The translations under genes and the position numbers were made by a program. 64,000 bases of DNA from Rhynchopus sp. YZ270_cl-10 (Eukaryota), in contig OZ037835.1 of assembly GCA_964035575.1 (NCBI GenBank), positions 2,108,001 to 2,172,000 of the forward strand, read 5' to 3'. The number at the start of each line of letters is the position of its first letter. Position 1 is the stretch's first letter. Below the pieces are notes generated by a model. It did not search any database. It had not been told where the DNA came from and saw only the letters and a list, made by a program, of their open reading frames with translations. This document shows positions 12,175 through 22,833 of the stretch, piece by piece.

Positions 12175-13503
12175 ATGGAACTCAACATCGAGGGGTTTGG
12201 TGGTCGGACGTACGTCGTCGATGTGGATGTGGATGACACAGCGAAGGACCTGCAGCAGAAGGTGGCAACTGCAGCGGGGTTTGCTGAAGACACCTTTGAC
12301 ATGGACTTCGGAGGGAACGGCGAAGGAGAGGACATCAACATCACAGCGCTGAGTGCTGGCGACACAGTCGTGTTGACGCAGACGCAGAAGCAAGAATCCC
12401 TTGCAGCTCTTCGTGCATTGGGTGAGACTGACCTCACGCCAGAGAGGCTTGCGAGTGTAGAAGACCCCACGGTAGCGAAGTTGTTTCTGCAGGCAGAAGT
12501 TGTAACTGCGATTCCGGACAGGTTCCTCGCAAGCACTAATTTACGTAGCCTTGATCTGAGTGCCCCGTTGGCTGTCACTGCGATTGATGACTGCTTCTTA
12601 TATCAGTGTACGTCACTGGAATCAATCAACCTGTCTGGGTTGCACAACGTCACGACAATAGGTGCGTGCTTCCTGGCGGACTGCACTTCATTGCGCACTT
12701 TTGAGCCATTCAACTTTGCAGGATTGAGCAGTGTCACAAGCCTTGGGGACCACTTCTTGTCAGGTTGCAGGGCGTTAACCTCAATCGACTTTTCAGCATT
12801 GAGGAGTGTCATAATCCTTGGGAACGGCTTCGTATCACGTTGCACGTCATTAACCTCCATCGACTTTGCAGGATTGAGCAGTGTCACAAAACTTGGGTAC
12901 AGCTTCTTGTCAGATTGCACGTCGTTAACCTCCATCAACTTTGCAGGGTTGAGCAGTGTCACGATCCTTGGGAAAGGCTTCTTATCACGTTGTACGTCGT
13001 TAACCTCCATCAACTTTACAGGATTGAGCAGTGTCACAAGCCTTGGGTACAACTTCTTGTCAGATTGCACGTCGTTAACCTCCATCGACTTTGCAGGATT
13101 GGGGAGTGTCACAAACCTTGGGTACAACTTCTTATCAGATTGCACGTCGTTAACCTCCATCAACTTTTCAGGATTAAGCAGTGTCACGATCCTTGGGAAC
13201 GGCTTCTTATCACGTTGCACGTCGTTAACCTCCATCAACTTTGCAGGATTAAGCAGTGTCACGATCCTTGGGAACGGCTTCTTATCACGTTGCACGTCGT
13301 TAACCTCCATCGACTTTTCAGGATTAAGCAGTGTCACGATCCTTGGGAACAGCTTCTTATCAGATTGCACGTCGTTAACCTCCATCGACTTTGCAGGATT
13401 GAGTGGTGTGACACGAATCGAGAACGGCTTTCTTCATGGTTGCATTTTTAAAACACGCAACCGGTATATGGAGTGGTATTCATCAAGGAAGCATGCTGGA
13501 TGA
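12175..13503 (+). CDS. Ubl-domain + BspA/TpLRR-type leucine-rich repeat protein
   Basis: N-terminus MELNIEGFGGRTYVVDVDVDDTAKDLQQKVA...LSAGDTVVL resembles the ubiquitin beta-grasp pattern. About 12 25-aa repeats CTSLTSI(D/N)FxGLSSVTxLGxxFLxx (75-bp nucleotide repeats). Confidence 0.88.
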   Translation: MELNIEGFGGRTYVVDVDVDDTAKDLQQKVATAAGFAEDTFDMDFGGNGEGEDINITALSAGDTVVLTQTQKQESLAALRALGETDLTPERLASVEDPTVAKLFLQAEVVTAIPDRFLASTNLRSLDLSAPLAVTAIDDCFLYQCTSLESINLSGLHNVTTIGACFLADCTSLRTFEPFNFAGLSSVTSLGDHFLSGCRALTSIDFSALRSVIILGNGFVSRCTSLTSIDFAGLSSVTKLGYSFLSDCTSLTSINFAGLSSVTILGKGFLSRCTSLTSINFTGLSSVTSLGYNFLSDCTSLTSIDFAGLGSVTNLGYNFLSDCTSLTSINFSGLSSVTILGNGFLSRCTSLTSINFAGLSSVTILGNGFLSRCTSLTSIDFSGLSSVTILGNSFLSDCTSLTSIDFAGLSGVTRIENGFLHGCIFKTRNRYMEWYSSRKHAG

Positions 13504-14705
13504 GCTGCGAAGTGGAGCACACTGCGATGCATCGTGGTAGTGTACAGCACAAAGAGTGTTCTATGAAGATTCACTTCGGCAGAAGCTCGTCGGTGAATTT
13601 ATTGTCATTGCCGTGCATCGTACTTCTTTTTTATGATTACATTTAATGCTAAGGAAATTGAACACCGTACCCTACTCCCATCCTTTTTCCATTTTTCTAA
13701 TCCGGGGCGGGTTGGAGTAGAGCCACACTTCACCCACAGGTCGAGGTGTGTGCGTTTCACCATAGCCTCTCCCTTTTTATCTTTATTGTTTTTATTGTTT
13801 GAGGGGGTGGGGGAAAAAGATAAAAAGGAAAAGTAGGGTGCGGTTTCCATTTCCACTGCGTGGGTTTCATTTGTGCGCTCTTTTAGTGCCCTCACTGTAG
13901 GGGCTTAACCGAAACGTTTCCTGTGTTTGTGTATTTTCTCAGGACATTTTGTGTGCAATATTAATGAAAACAAACAAAGCAGCTATGGTCTTTTTAACAT
14001 GGGTGTGTGTTGAATTAAAAGCAGTTGTGTCGAAGTGCGAGGACGGTTTTATTATTTTATTAGGACAAATACTTTGTGCGTATGACGTGGGTACCGTACC
14101 AACTAAACAAGACATGAAAGGGGTTTTTATTATTTTTTCTGAACTTTTTGAGACAAGACTCGTCTTTCTTACTCTCCTTTCGAGGTGACTCAGCGAGACA
14201 ATGAACTGAAAGTAATCACAAACGTGCGCATGTGTTAGCACTCTCTTCGTGGGGAGGTTTTTTCTCCTCCGTATATTTTGTGTTATTATTGACTCAGCGT
14301 TATTTCAATGCAATGCTTTCACCAAGGGGTTTTCAAACCAAAAGAACTGTTTTCTTTACCTGAAGTACGGACAAGGATGGATGCGATCAAACAAACAACA
14401 AACAACGAATAAATAAAGAAGGGGGTGTTTCTATTTTTTTAGCAGGAATTTAAGCCCAGGCATGCTCTTGAAGCATTTTTAGTGTACGGGCAGGGTGTTG
14501 TGTTGATTTCCCTTTGGGTACCCGCCGTTCAAAAGCCGGCCTTTAAACAAGGCTGGGGCATAAAGAGGTTGCGTGATTCGATACGTTCCACCCTTTGCAT
14601 GACCTAGACGAGATGTGTATTTAGCACGTTTCAACTACTCTTTTGTTGCGTATTGGTTCCCTGCCCCACCCGAAACACCTGCACAAAACAGAGAGACACA
14701 AAACC

Positions 14706-15629
14706 ATGGAAATATGCGTGAAGAGCTTTGACGGAGAGAAGTACACAGTTGAGGTGGGTGTGGATGATACAACTGCGGACATACGGCGGAAGGTGGCGTC
14801 TGCAGCAGAGTTGTGCGAAGACGGCTTTGCCATGAGCTTTGGAGGGAAGCTGCTTGCCGAAGGAGACGACACGACGCAGTTGAGTGCTGGGGACACGATT
14901 GTGCTGACGAAAACGAAGTCGCAGAATGCCATTGCAGCTCTACGTGACTTGGGCGAGACAACACTGACGACAGAGAGGTTCGAACGTCTGAGAGATCCCA
15001 AGCTGGTTCATTTGTTTCTGCAGGCAGAAGTTGTTACTGAGATCCCCAATTCATTCTTGTACAATGGCACGTTCGAAGAAGTTGATCTCAGCGACGCATC
15101 AGTTGTGACTACAATAGGAAAAAGCTTCCTCTGTAGCTGCACCTCATTGCACACTGCTGACGTGTCTGGGTGGAGCAACGTGCGGCACACGGGGAACTTA
15201 CTTCTCTGCAACTGCACTTCGTTGACCACACTTGACATTTCTGGGTGGAACAATGTGACACACATTGGGGAGAGCTTCCTCTGCAACTGTTTCTCATTGC
15301 GCACTGTTGACTTGTCTGGCTGGAACAATGTGACGCACATTGGGATCTCTTTCCTGAGCCACTGCAATTCGTTGGCATCGCTGGACATTTCTGGGTGGAG
15401 CAACGTGACGCACATTGAGAACCATTTCCTGCGCAACTGCACCTCATTAACAACACTTGACTTGTCTGGGTGGGTGAGTGTGACGCACATTCTTGGCACA
15501 AACTTCTTAAGCAATGTACCTGCAAGCAGCATCAACGCCACCGGATCTAGTTTGATGTCAGAATGTGTGTCAGCACATGTCCGTGACCGTGACTGTGACC
15601 TCAAACGCCGTAAATGTGTGTGCATGTGA
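14706..15629 (+). CDS. Ubl-LRR protein with C-terminal basic + CaaX motif (KRRKCVCM)
   Basis: ATG at 14706 (MEICVKSFDGEKYTVEVGVDDTTADIRRKVA...FGGKLLAEG), repeats CxSLxTLDISGWxNVTHIGxxFLxx, ends CVCM*. Confidence 0.88.
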   Translation: MEICVKSFDGEKYTVEVGVDDTTADIRRKVASAAELCEDGFAMSFGGKLLAEGDDTTQLSAGDTIVLTKTKSQNAIAALRDLGETTLTTERFERLRDPKLVHLFLQAEVVTEIPNSFLYNGTFEEVDLSDASVVTTIGKSFLCSCTSLHTADVSGWSNVRHTGNLLLCNCTSLTTLDISGWNNVTHIGESFLCNCFSLRTVDLSGWNNVTHIGISFLSHCNSLASLDISGWSNVTHIENHFLRNCTSLTTLDLSGWVSVTHILGTNFLSNVPASSINATGSSLMSECVSAHVRDRDCDLKRRKCVCM

Positions 15630-16919
15630 GACACAACTCTTGTGTAGACACCCCCTCGCGTTTGGAGCCACCCCGATGTGCAAGATCATTCTCTCTCACT
15701 TCTGGTAGTCGTATATGGGCTTAGGTGTATTGCGCATTGCGTTTTTTCTTTTTAGTGAACACATAGTTTTTGACAAAATACTCGAGACCCTCGTGAAAAG
15801 TAGTGGAAGCGAACACCAAACAACCTTTATTTTCTCCTCCCCGTTTATAGTTTTTTGAGTAACGAGTCTCTCGAGCATTTTTGTCTGTTGTACTTCTTGC
15901 CCTGTGTCATGAGAAATGTGCTTTTTATTTTCCAACTCTCTCGCTATTGTTTTTGATATCTTTAGCTTTTATTGTTTTCATCAACCGTGAGATCCTAACT
16001 AGCGGGATTTCTCCATTTTCCGCTTTTATTGCTGGGCGGATGGAGATTCACGGAGAGAAGAGAAAAGGAGATCTAGGGAAGGATCAGTGTACCTGGTGGT
16101 TGATATCACCTTTGTCTTACGGGAAAGGGTGTCGTTTTTATTTTCCCCCGTGTGTGCGTTTCATCACAACCTCTTCCATGGGTTTTATCGTGTGATGAGT
16201 GTTAAGTTTCTATTTCCCCCCATTTTTTCCCAATCCCAGTTGTGCATTAAAAAAAACTAAAAAACAACAATAATTGAGTTCCGTTGACTCCCCATTACAA
16301 AGTGTTGCAATTTACGGGTTATAAAAATAGAGAGCAGCGGGCTATGGCACAAATGAGTATAAAGGTACTAGACCGCTTATCAAAGGTTAATGCTCTGGAG
16401 TACGGGCACATAAGGCCCAAGGAGAAGATGTCTGTTCAGGAGGATGAGCCCAATACTGTGCTTGAGGAAAAGAAGGTTGAAGGAGATACTGTGGAGGAGG
16501 TTGCTATCTCGTGGAAGACACTGGTTACCCACTGGGTACCAAGGAGATCACGTGAAGATAGACAGATTCTGCCAGAAACACGGCATGTCCAGCTGCAAGA
16601 ACAAGTGCACGTTACCGGAGAAGTGCTGCAGCAAAAAGCACCATGACGGAAGCTGCTTGGGGTGGGGGGGTAGTAACGGCAAGGCTATACACAATGAGGT
16701 GAAAAGAATAGTGAGTAGGTTCAAGAGGGGACAGTTGGGCCGCGATGTAGTTCTACGGGAAATCCTACAAAGCTCGTGGGTACCCAAGAGGAGTAAAACA
16801 GAGTGAGATGCAGATAGGTGACCCACCTGTGTCGCACAACCAGTATAGCTACAAGCTCTCTGGAATCAGCTAAAAACACTATTAATTTCTCTTCACGGCT
16901 CCATATTATGCATATCATA

Positions 16920-17769
16920 CATGGTTCTCCGTATACTTTTTCATATTTTGCACTCAGAAATGTGGGATGCATATTTTTGATCGTCCGACCCCGCAATTGA
17001 ACGTTTCGAAACGGCCGGATCCAAAGAAATAAAAAATCCAGAAAAAAAATTTTTTTTTTCAAAAAAAAAATATCAAGACGAGCGTATTTCTGTTTTGGCT
17101 CTCGGTGAGGTGGGTGTGTGACATGTAATTTTTTCCCCCTGAAAACCAGCGGCAGTGAATTTCCGAGCTCCCCGCTTTTCACCATAAAAAAAATCGACCA
17201 CTTTCGTGGAGTAGAAGTCAATTTAAAGTCTTTTAAGGTCTTTATGCAGTAACGTATAGGGATTTCAGTGCATAAAAGGGGGTCGGCTCCACCAAAAGTT
17301 GCGTACTGTGGAGTGTGTTTCCGGGATAAAAAATGTGTCCGAATTGAAAGATTTGTAAAAAATAAATCCAAGGAAACAAAAACCGAAAACTTTATCCAAA
17401 TTCTTAAGGAAGTCCTTAAGAAACCTACATAGAAATGTTCCCAAAGGGGGTACCACAGCCAAAAATCACCTAACCAGCCACAGAGGCATAAAAAAAATCG
17501 TGCGACCCCGGAATTGAACGTTTTCGTAACCGATCTTTCCAAATAAATAAAAATCGAAAAAAAATTCGGGGAAAATTTTTTATAAAAACCATGCGTCTAC
17601 GGACAGTTCCATTTACGACTCAAGTCGTGAATTGTTGACCCCCGAAAATGGGCGGCAGTGAATTTCCGGATCGATCTGAAAAAATTCCGGGGTCGCACGA
17701 TTTTTTTGGCGGATTTTTTATCACTTTAAAGTGGCTCCAAAAACAGGCTTTTCTATACGGAGAACCATG
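16920..17769. mobile_element. non-autonomous TIR element (MITE-like)
   Basis: CATGGTTCTCCGTATA (16920) is inverted at TATACGGAGAACCATG (17754-17769). Internal inverted pair AAAATCGTGCGACCCCGGAATT / AATTCCGGGGTCGCACGATTTT and internal direct duplications. TSD not resolved. Confidence 0.6.
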
Positions 17770-18354
17770 GAATGTATGATATATGGAATGTAACATCATT
17801 AACCAAGACGAAAAGCCTGGAAGGCGTCGTCATATTAGTCTCCATCTAGGCGCAAAGAAACTGTGTCGAAGAACGAGCAGAAAACAAAAAACAAGATCCT
17901 ACCCCTAAACCAAACAACCCCTCCTATGTTTTCTTGGATCACTGCAGATCGTGTGTAGCTGTGTTTCATTTCAAAAATGTGTGAGTTGTGCGTGGGAAAC
18001 ATTCAAACAATGAGTAGCCCCCCCCATTTTTTTTTGTTTTCCACCAATTTTTTACCCTACCTGAAGTCTTCAAGAAGGGGTTTTGTGAATCAACAAGAGT
18101 GCGTATGTTAACATCGCGCAGCGTAGAAAACGACACAATGTCGATCAGTACCAACCCTCCTGTCAACGCTGCCCATTACAGTCGTCTAGCGTCTGCAGGT
18201 GAGGAGGCTGTCCTCTCAACCCGCAAAGAAGATGTGTGTGCAGGAGCTGCTCAAAAAAAAGGGCAAGCGAGAACACCGTTTTTCTGTTTGCTAATGTGCT
18301 GTTCTTCACCCCCCACACACCAAGAAACAGAGATACACAAACAACAACAGCAAA

Positions 18355-19356
18355 ATGGAACTGACGGTTCGTACCTTTGGCAATAGGCAGTATGCGATTG
18401 AGGTGGGTGAGGATGACACAACGGAGAAGTTGCGGGAGAAGGTGGCGTCTGCAACGGGGTTGTGCGAAGACGACTTTCACATGGAGTTTGGAGGGAAGGA
18501 AGTGGAGGACATCACGCAGCTGAGTGCTGGAGACACAGTTGTGCTCACGGAGGCGAAGGCGAAGAAGCACGAAGCCATTGCAGCACTTCACGCATTGGGT
18601 GAGAGAGACATCACAGCAGCAAGGTTGAAGGTGGTGAGGGATGCGGAGGTGGCCACCTTGCTGCTGCAGGCAGAAGTTGCGACTGCGATTCCTGACCACT
18701 TCTTCCAATCCAGTGCAGTCACGTCCATTGATTTCAGCAACGTATCTGTTGTGGATGTGATTGGGAAGGGCTTCCTCTGGCACTGCACGTCTTTGACCGC
18801 AGTGGACCTGAGCGGCTTGTCCGGACTCACCAGGATTGAGGATTGTTTTCTATTTTCGTGTTCAGCTTTGACGACAGTGAATCTCACTGGCTTGCGTGCA
18901 GTCACCACAATTGGTGCACATTTTATGTATAGGTGCACTGCTTTGACTACAGCCGACTTCAGCAGCTTACGGTCAGTCACCACAATAGGTGAATACTGCC
19001 TAGCTCATTGCACAGCACTGACTGCAGTTTACCTGAGCGGCTTGTCTGCACTCACCAGGATTGAGGAAGGTTTCTTATATTCGTGTCCAGCGTTGACGAC
19101 AGTGAATCTCACTGGCTTGCGTGCAGTTACCACAATGGGGCCCGACTTCATGTTTCAATGCACAAATTTGAAGACTGTGCGTGGACTGGGCACGTGTAGC
19201 TACGTACTGCGGTACCATGTGGCTTGTCATCGAGCACGGCTTTTAGTGAGAGGTGTTGATTGGACGCCTTGGGTCGCTTCTTTGCTTTTTGTGTGTTCTG
19301 TGTACTGCACACACAATGCAGTGAAAGGGTACCTATATGTTAGCAGCCTTGACTAA
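18355..19356 (+). CDS. Ubl-LRR protein with hydrophobic C-terminal tail
   Basis: MELTVRTFGNRQYAIEVGEDDTTEKLREKVA...LSAGDTVVL, LRRs CTxLTxVxLxGLxxxTxIxxxFL, and C-terminal WTPWVASLLFVCSVYC instead of CaaX. Confidence 0.88.
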   Translation: MELTVRTFGNRQYAIEVGEDDTTEKLREKVASATGLCEDDFHMEFGGKEVEDITQLSAGDTVVLTEAKAKKHEAIAALHALGERDITAARLKVVRDAEVATLLLQAEVATAIPDHFFQSSAVTSIDFSNVSVVDVIGKGFLWHCTSLTAVDLSGLSGLTRIEDCFLFSCSALTTVNLTGLRAVTTIGAHFMYRCTALTTADFSSLRSVTTIGEYCLAHCTALTAVYLSGLSALTRIEEGFLYSCPALTTVNLTGLRAVTTMGPDFMFQCTNLKTVRGLGTCSYVLRYHVACHRARLLVRGVDWTPWVASLLFVCSVYCTHNAVKGYLYVSSLD

Positions 19357-19359
19357 CAT

Positions 19360-20885
19360 TCCTTAACACTCGGTGTTAAGGTCTTTAAGGTTGCTGATCA
19401 CCTCCCACCCACCCACCCACCCACCCCCCCTCTCAGGCACCCCCCCCCCAAGGTGGGGTTCGGGCATTTTTTTTCAGGTCTCTAAACCTCGAAAGAGGTC
19501 AAAAAAGTGGATTCTTGGGAAGATAGGAGGTTTCTAGGAGACTTTCTCTGAAGCAAAGACCTCCAAACCCTGACAGACCCTGAAACCAGGGTGTCGCGAG
19601 TACCCCTTTTTTACACGTGTTTCTTAAGGCTTCTACAGGGTTCTACAGGCAAAACAGGCGTTTTGGCCAAAAACCCGGTTTTTCAGGCAGGTAACCGGGT
19701 TTGCGTCTTGGGAAACGTGACAGCGAGCTGTGAGAACCCTGCGTGGGCTACACACGGCACGAGTTGTAGCAGCCCACCGAAGGTGGGCTGCGTTTGGTAA
19801 CCACACGATGCGGTTAACGCATGCAACGCAACGCAACCGATGCATACGTTACGATCTGTATGTAACGAACACAACGCAACCGATGTGTACGTAACGCTCG
19901 GAACGCAACGTAAAGAACGCAACGAGTGGTTCCAAAAGGCAGCCCGGCTGCGGTGGGGTGCTCAGACTCGCGCCAGTTGCGTGGCTAAACCAGTTCCTTA
20001 ACACTCGGTGTTAAGGTCTTTAAGGTTGCTTCACCACCCCACCCTCCCACCCCACCCCCCCCCCAGGGTGGGTTTCGGCCATTTTTTTTCAGGTCTCTAA
20101 ACGTCCAAAGAGGTCAAAAAAGTGGATTCTCGGGAAGATAGGAGGTTTTTAGGAGACTTTCTCTGAAGCAAAGACCTCCAAACCCTGACAGACCCTGAAA
20201 CCAGGGTGTCGCGAGTACCCCTTTTTTACACGTGTTTCTTAAGGCTTCTACAGGGTTCTACAGGCAAAACAGCCGTTTTGGCCGAAAACCCGGTTTTTCA
20301 GGCGGGTAACCGGGTTTGCGGCTTGGGAAACGTGCCAGCGAGCTGTGAGAACCATGCGTGGGGGTTTGTAACCACTCGTTGCGTTGGTTGCGTTGCCTTC
20401 GTTGCGTACACATCGCTACGTACACACCGGTTACGTTGTGTTGCATGCGTTGCGTTCGTTGTGTAGAGATCGTTACGTACAGAGCGCAACGTACGGAGCG
20501 GTTGCGTTGCGTTTGTTGTGCTTGGTTGGTTACGTTCGTTGCGTTCCGATCGTTACGTACACATCGGTTGCGTTGCGTTGGATGCGTTGCATCCGTTACG
20601 TTGCGTTCGTTGCATACAGATCGTTACGTACACATGGGTTACGTTGTGTTGCATGCGTTGCGTTCGTTGTGTAGAGATCGATATATACAGATCGCAACGT
20701 ACGCATAGGTTGCGTTGGTTGTGTTGCATCCGTTACGTTGCGTTCGTTGCGTTCTGATCGTTACGTACGCATCGGTTGCGTTGCGTTGCATGCGTTGGTT
20801 GCATACGGATCGTAACGAAAAGAGCGGATCCGTTTCGTTGTGTTCGGTTGCGTTTATCAACCACACCAGCCAGGAGTGTTAAGGA
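19360..20885. mobile_element. TIR element with duplicated left arm and internal (GTTGC)-rich degenerate satellite
   Basis: TCCTTAACACTC at 19360 and 19994 is inverted as GAGTGTTAAGGA at 20874-20885. 19360-19745 is nearly duplicated at 19994-20360. AACGC/GTTGC repeats occur in opposite orientations. Confidence 0.65.
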
Positions 20886-20926
20886 TTGCCAAAAAAAACT
20901 AAATTGATACAAGGTGGTCCGCACGT

Positions 20927-21070
20927 GAGATTTGCATTAGGAGTTGAGACGGAGAGAAGTGCACGTAGGTGAGGACGATACCAACTACGGACATCCGGCG
21001 GAAGGTGGCGTCTGCAGCAGCGTTGTGCAAAGACGGCTTTGACATGAGCTTCGAGGAGGAAGGTCCTATG
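20927..21070 (+). pseudogene. decayed Ubl-header fragment of the Ubl-LRR family
   Basis: Aligns to 14709-14860 (gacggagagaagt.cac...cggacat.cggcggaaggtggcgtctgcagcag.gttgtgc.aagacggctttg.catgagctt) with stops and indels, and no LRRs follow. Confidence 0.8.
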
Positions 21071-21724
21071 CGATGCAACAAACAACAAACAACTAAAAAA
21101 TTGAGAACCGTCGTTCAACGAGGAGAATCGAGATCTCGATAAAGATTTTAAAAATATCAAAATTGCATTTCACACTGAGTCGAGGCAACAAAAGACGAAT
21201 GGGGTTTTTATTTTTTGTTCATGTTTCCTCCAGGGGTTAAGTTAGCTTTTTTTTTTTCTCGCTGAGTCGGGTTTTCTGGGTTTTTTTCGGTTTTTCTGGA
21301 TTTTGCGAAAAATAACCCATTCCCTCCGCGAGCGCAGCGAGCGGGAAAATTTTTTTGCAATTTTTGGGCAAAGTTCAAAAATCCCACCAAAAAGTGGGGG
21401 GACCCTGGGGATTTTTGGATTTGTCCTAACAATTTTGGAGCATAAATTTGAAGAACAGGACTGGTGTACCCCTCACCGACCTCAGTTCCCACGTCCTGCC
21501 TCATCCGCACTCTCGCAACACTAGTACTGAACCCGAAGCTCGCCAGAGATCCCTGTTGCCTCTTCATATGAATAATTCCCAGTTCTGACGGGGGGTTTGT
21601 TTGGGTCGGGAGGATATTTTTTTTCTTAGAGGGTGGGGTGGGGGGGGCTCCGCCCCCACCCCTACCCCACCTTCCCAGCCTACACCACCCAAAAATTTGG
21701 ATTTTTTTTTTTTTTTCCAGATAA

Positions 21725-22833
21725 CAGGGCTTCCCGCAGGATCTGGGGTTTTGGCCTCCCAGGGGGACCAGCCAAAAAAAGGTGGAATTTTTTTTTTTTT
21801 TTCAATGATTTTAATTTGTGTGGTGTGTAGCATTAACGCTGACGCTACGTTACGTTACGCGCCTTTACGCACTTTAAGTGGTCAAAAAAATTTTTCGACT
21901 TCGGCGAAAATGTCCCGGCAAACCGTTAAAACTGCTGCATTAACTCGCATATTGCATATCATCTCACGTTCCCCACCTTTGCGGAATAAGAAAAAATATG
22001 TCAGGTCGGTAGCGTGCAGACGTTTCCTCGTATAGACATCTACAAAAAGAAACGACAGTCATGGCAAAGGTTCCTGGCGAAGCCACGGTACGCAACATTT
22101 CAAAATACTGTGATTAAAATTGCACATTTTACAGCCACACTATGTCATAGGTGGCTTGCAATCTTGCGCCGCAGGCGCACGGTACGCTACTTTTTTCTTT
22201 TGCTATGCTGCATGCTTCCTTTTCCTTCGGCGTTTGACCAATTGAGTCGCGTTCTGGCTGTGACGGGGTCACTTTGCCCATGAGGCATACTCGTGGTTCT
22301 TTGCAACCGTTATTTTCTGCCTCTTCGGAGCCTGAGCCGATAACTGGGACTCCGCCGGTCGCTTTGCAAATTCCATTATGGAAATCTGTCTTGGTCCGGA
22401 GGACTTTTTTGGTGCCATCTTTTCCCCCTGTTACACGACGGTGATGTAACGGGTGTTACAAGTGGAGTTACAAGTGAGTTACATGTAACTCACTTGTAAC
22501 TCACTTGTAACCCACCAGTTACAACCTGATTTTGCCTGTAATTCATGTATCCCACTTGTAACTCACTTGTAACTCACTTGTAACGGTTTTTCACTTGTAA
22601 CGTTACATGTAACTTCACTTGTAATGTACTGTACATCACCGTCGTGTAGTTGCCTGTATTTGGATGCGCGGGGACGGGAGGGTGGGAAAAATTAAAAAAA
22701 ATGTGGAAAATTCCTAATAGGCAGCCTCGGAACACTCAAGGGCAGGCTGGTCCCCCCTGGTCCCCCCTTATTATTTTTATTTTCCCCCAGGGGGACCAGT
22801 GGTCCCCCCTGGTCCCCCCTGTGGGAAGCCCTG
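21725..22833. mobile_element. nested TIR element with 5-bp TSD (hAT5-like)
   Basis: TIR CAGGGCTTCCC(G/A)CAGG / CCTGTGGGAAGCCCTG; GATAA on both sides (21720-24, 22834-38). Absent from the sister MITE at ~50910. Confidence 0.8.
22434..22646. mobile_element. nested TA-flanked MITE (Tc1/mariner-like) with 11-bp AACTCACTTGT repeats
   Basis: TA|CACGACGGTGATGTA ... TACATCACCGTCGTG|TA. Confidence 0.8.

Noticed and set aside
12603..13385. 260-aa antisense ORF, and similar antisense ORFs over other genes
   Set aside because: Shadow frames of repetitive or GC-rich sense genes.
12690..13420. Regular 75-bp repeats with variable inserts that could suggest a CRISPR array or DGR
   Set aside because: They are in-frame coding LRR units. 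There are no unique spacers, cas genes, reverse transcriptase or separate template repeat in the window.
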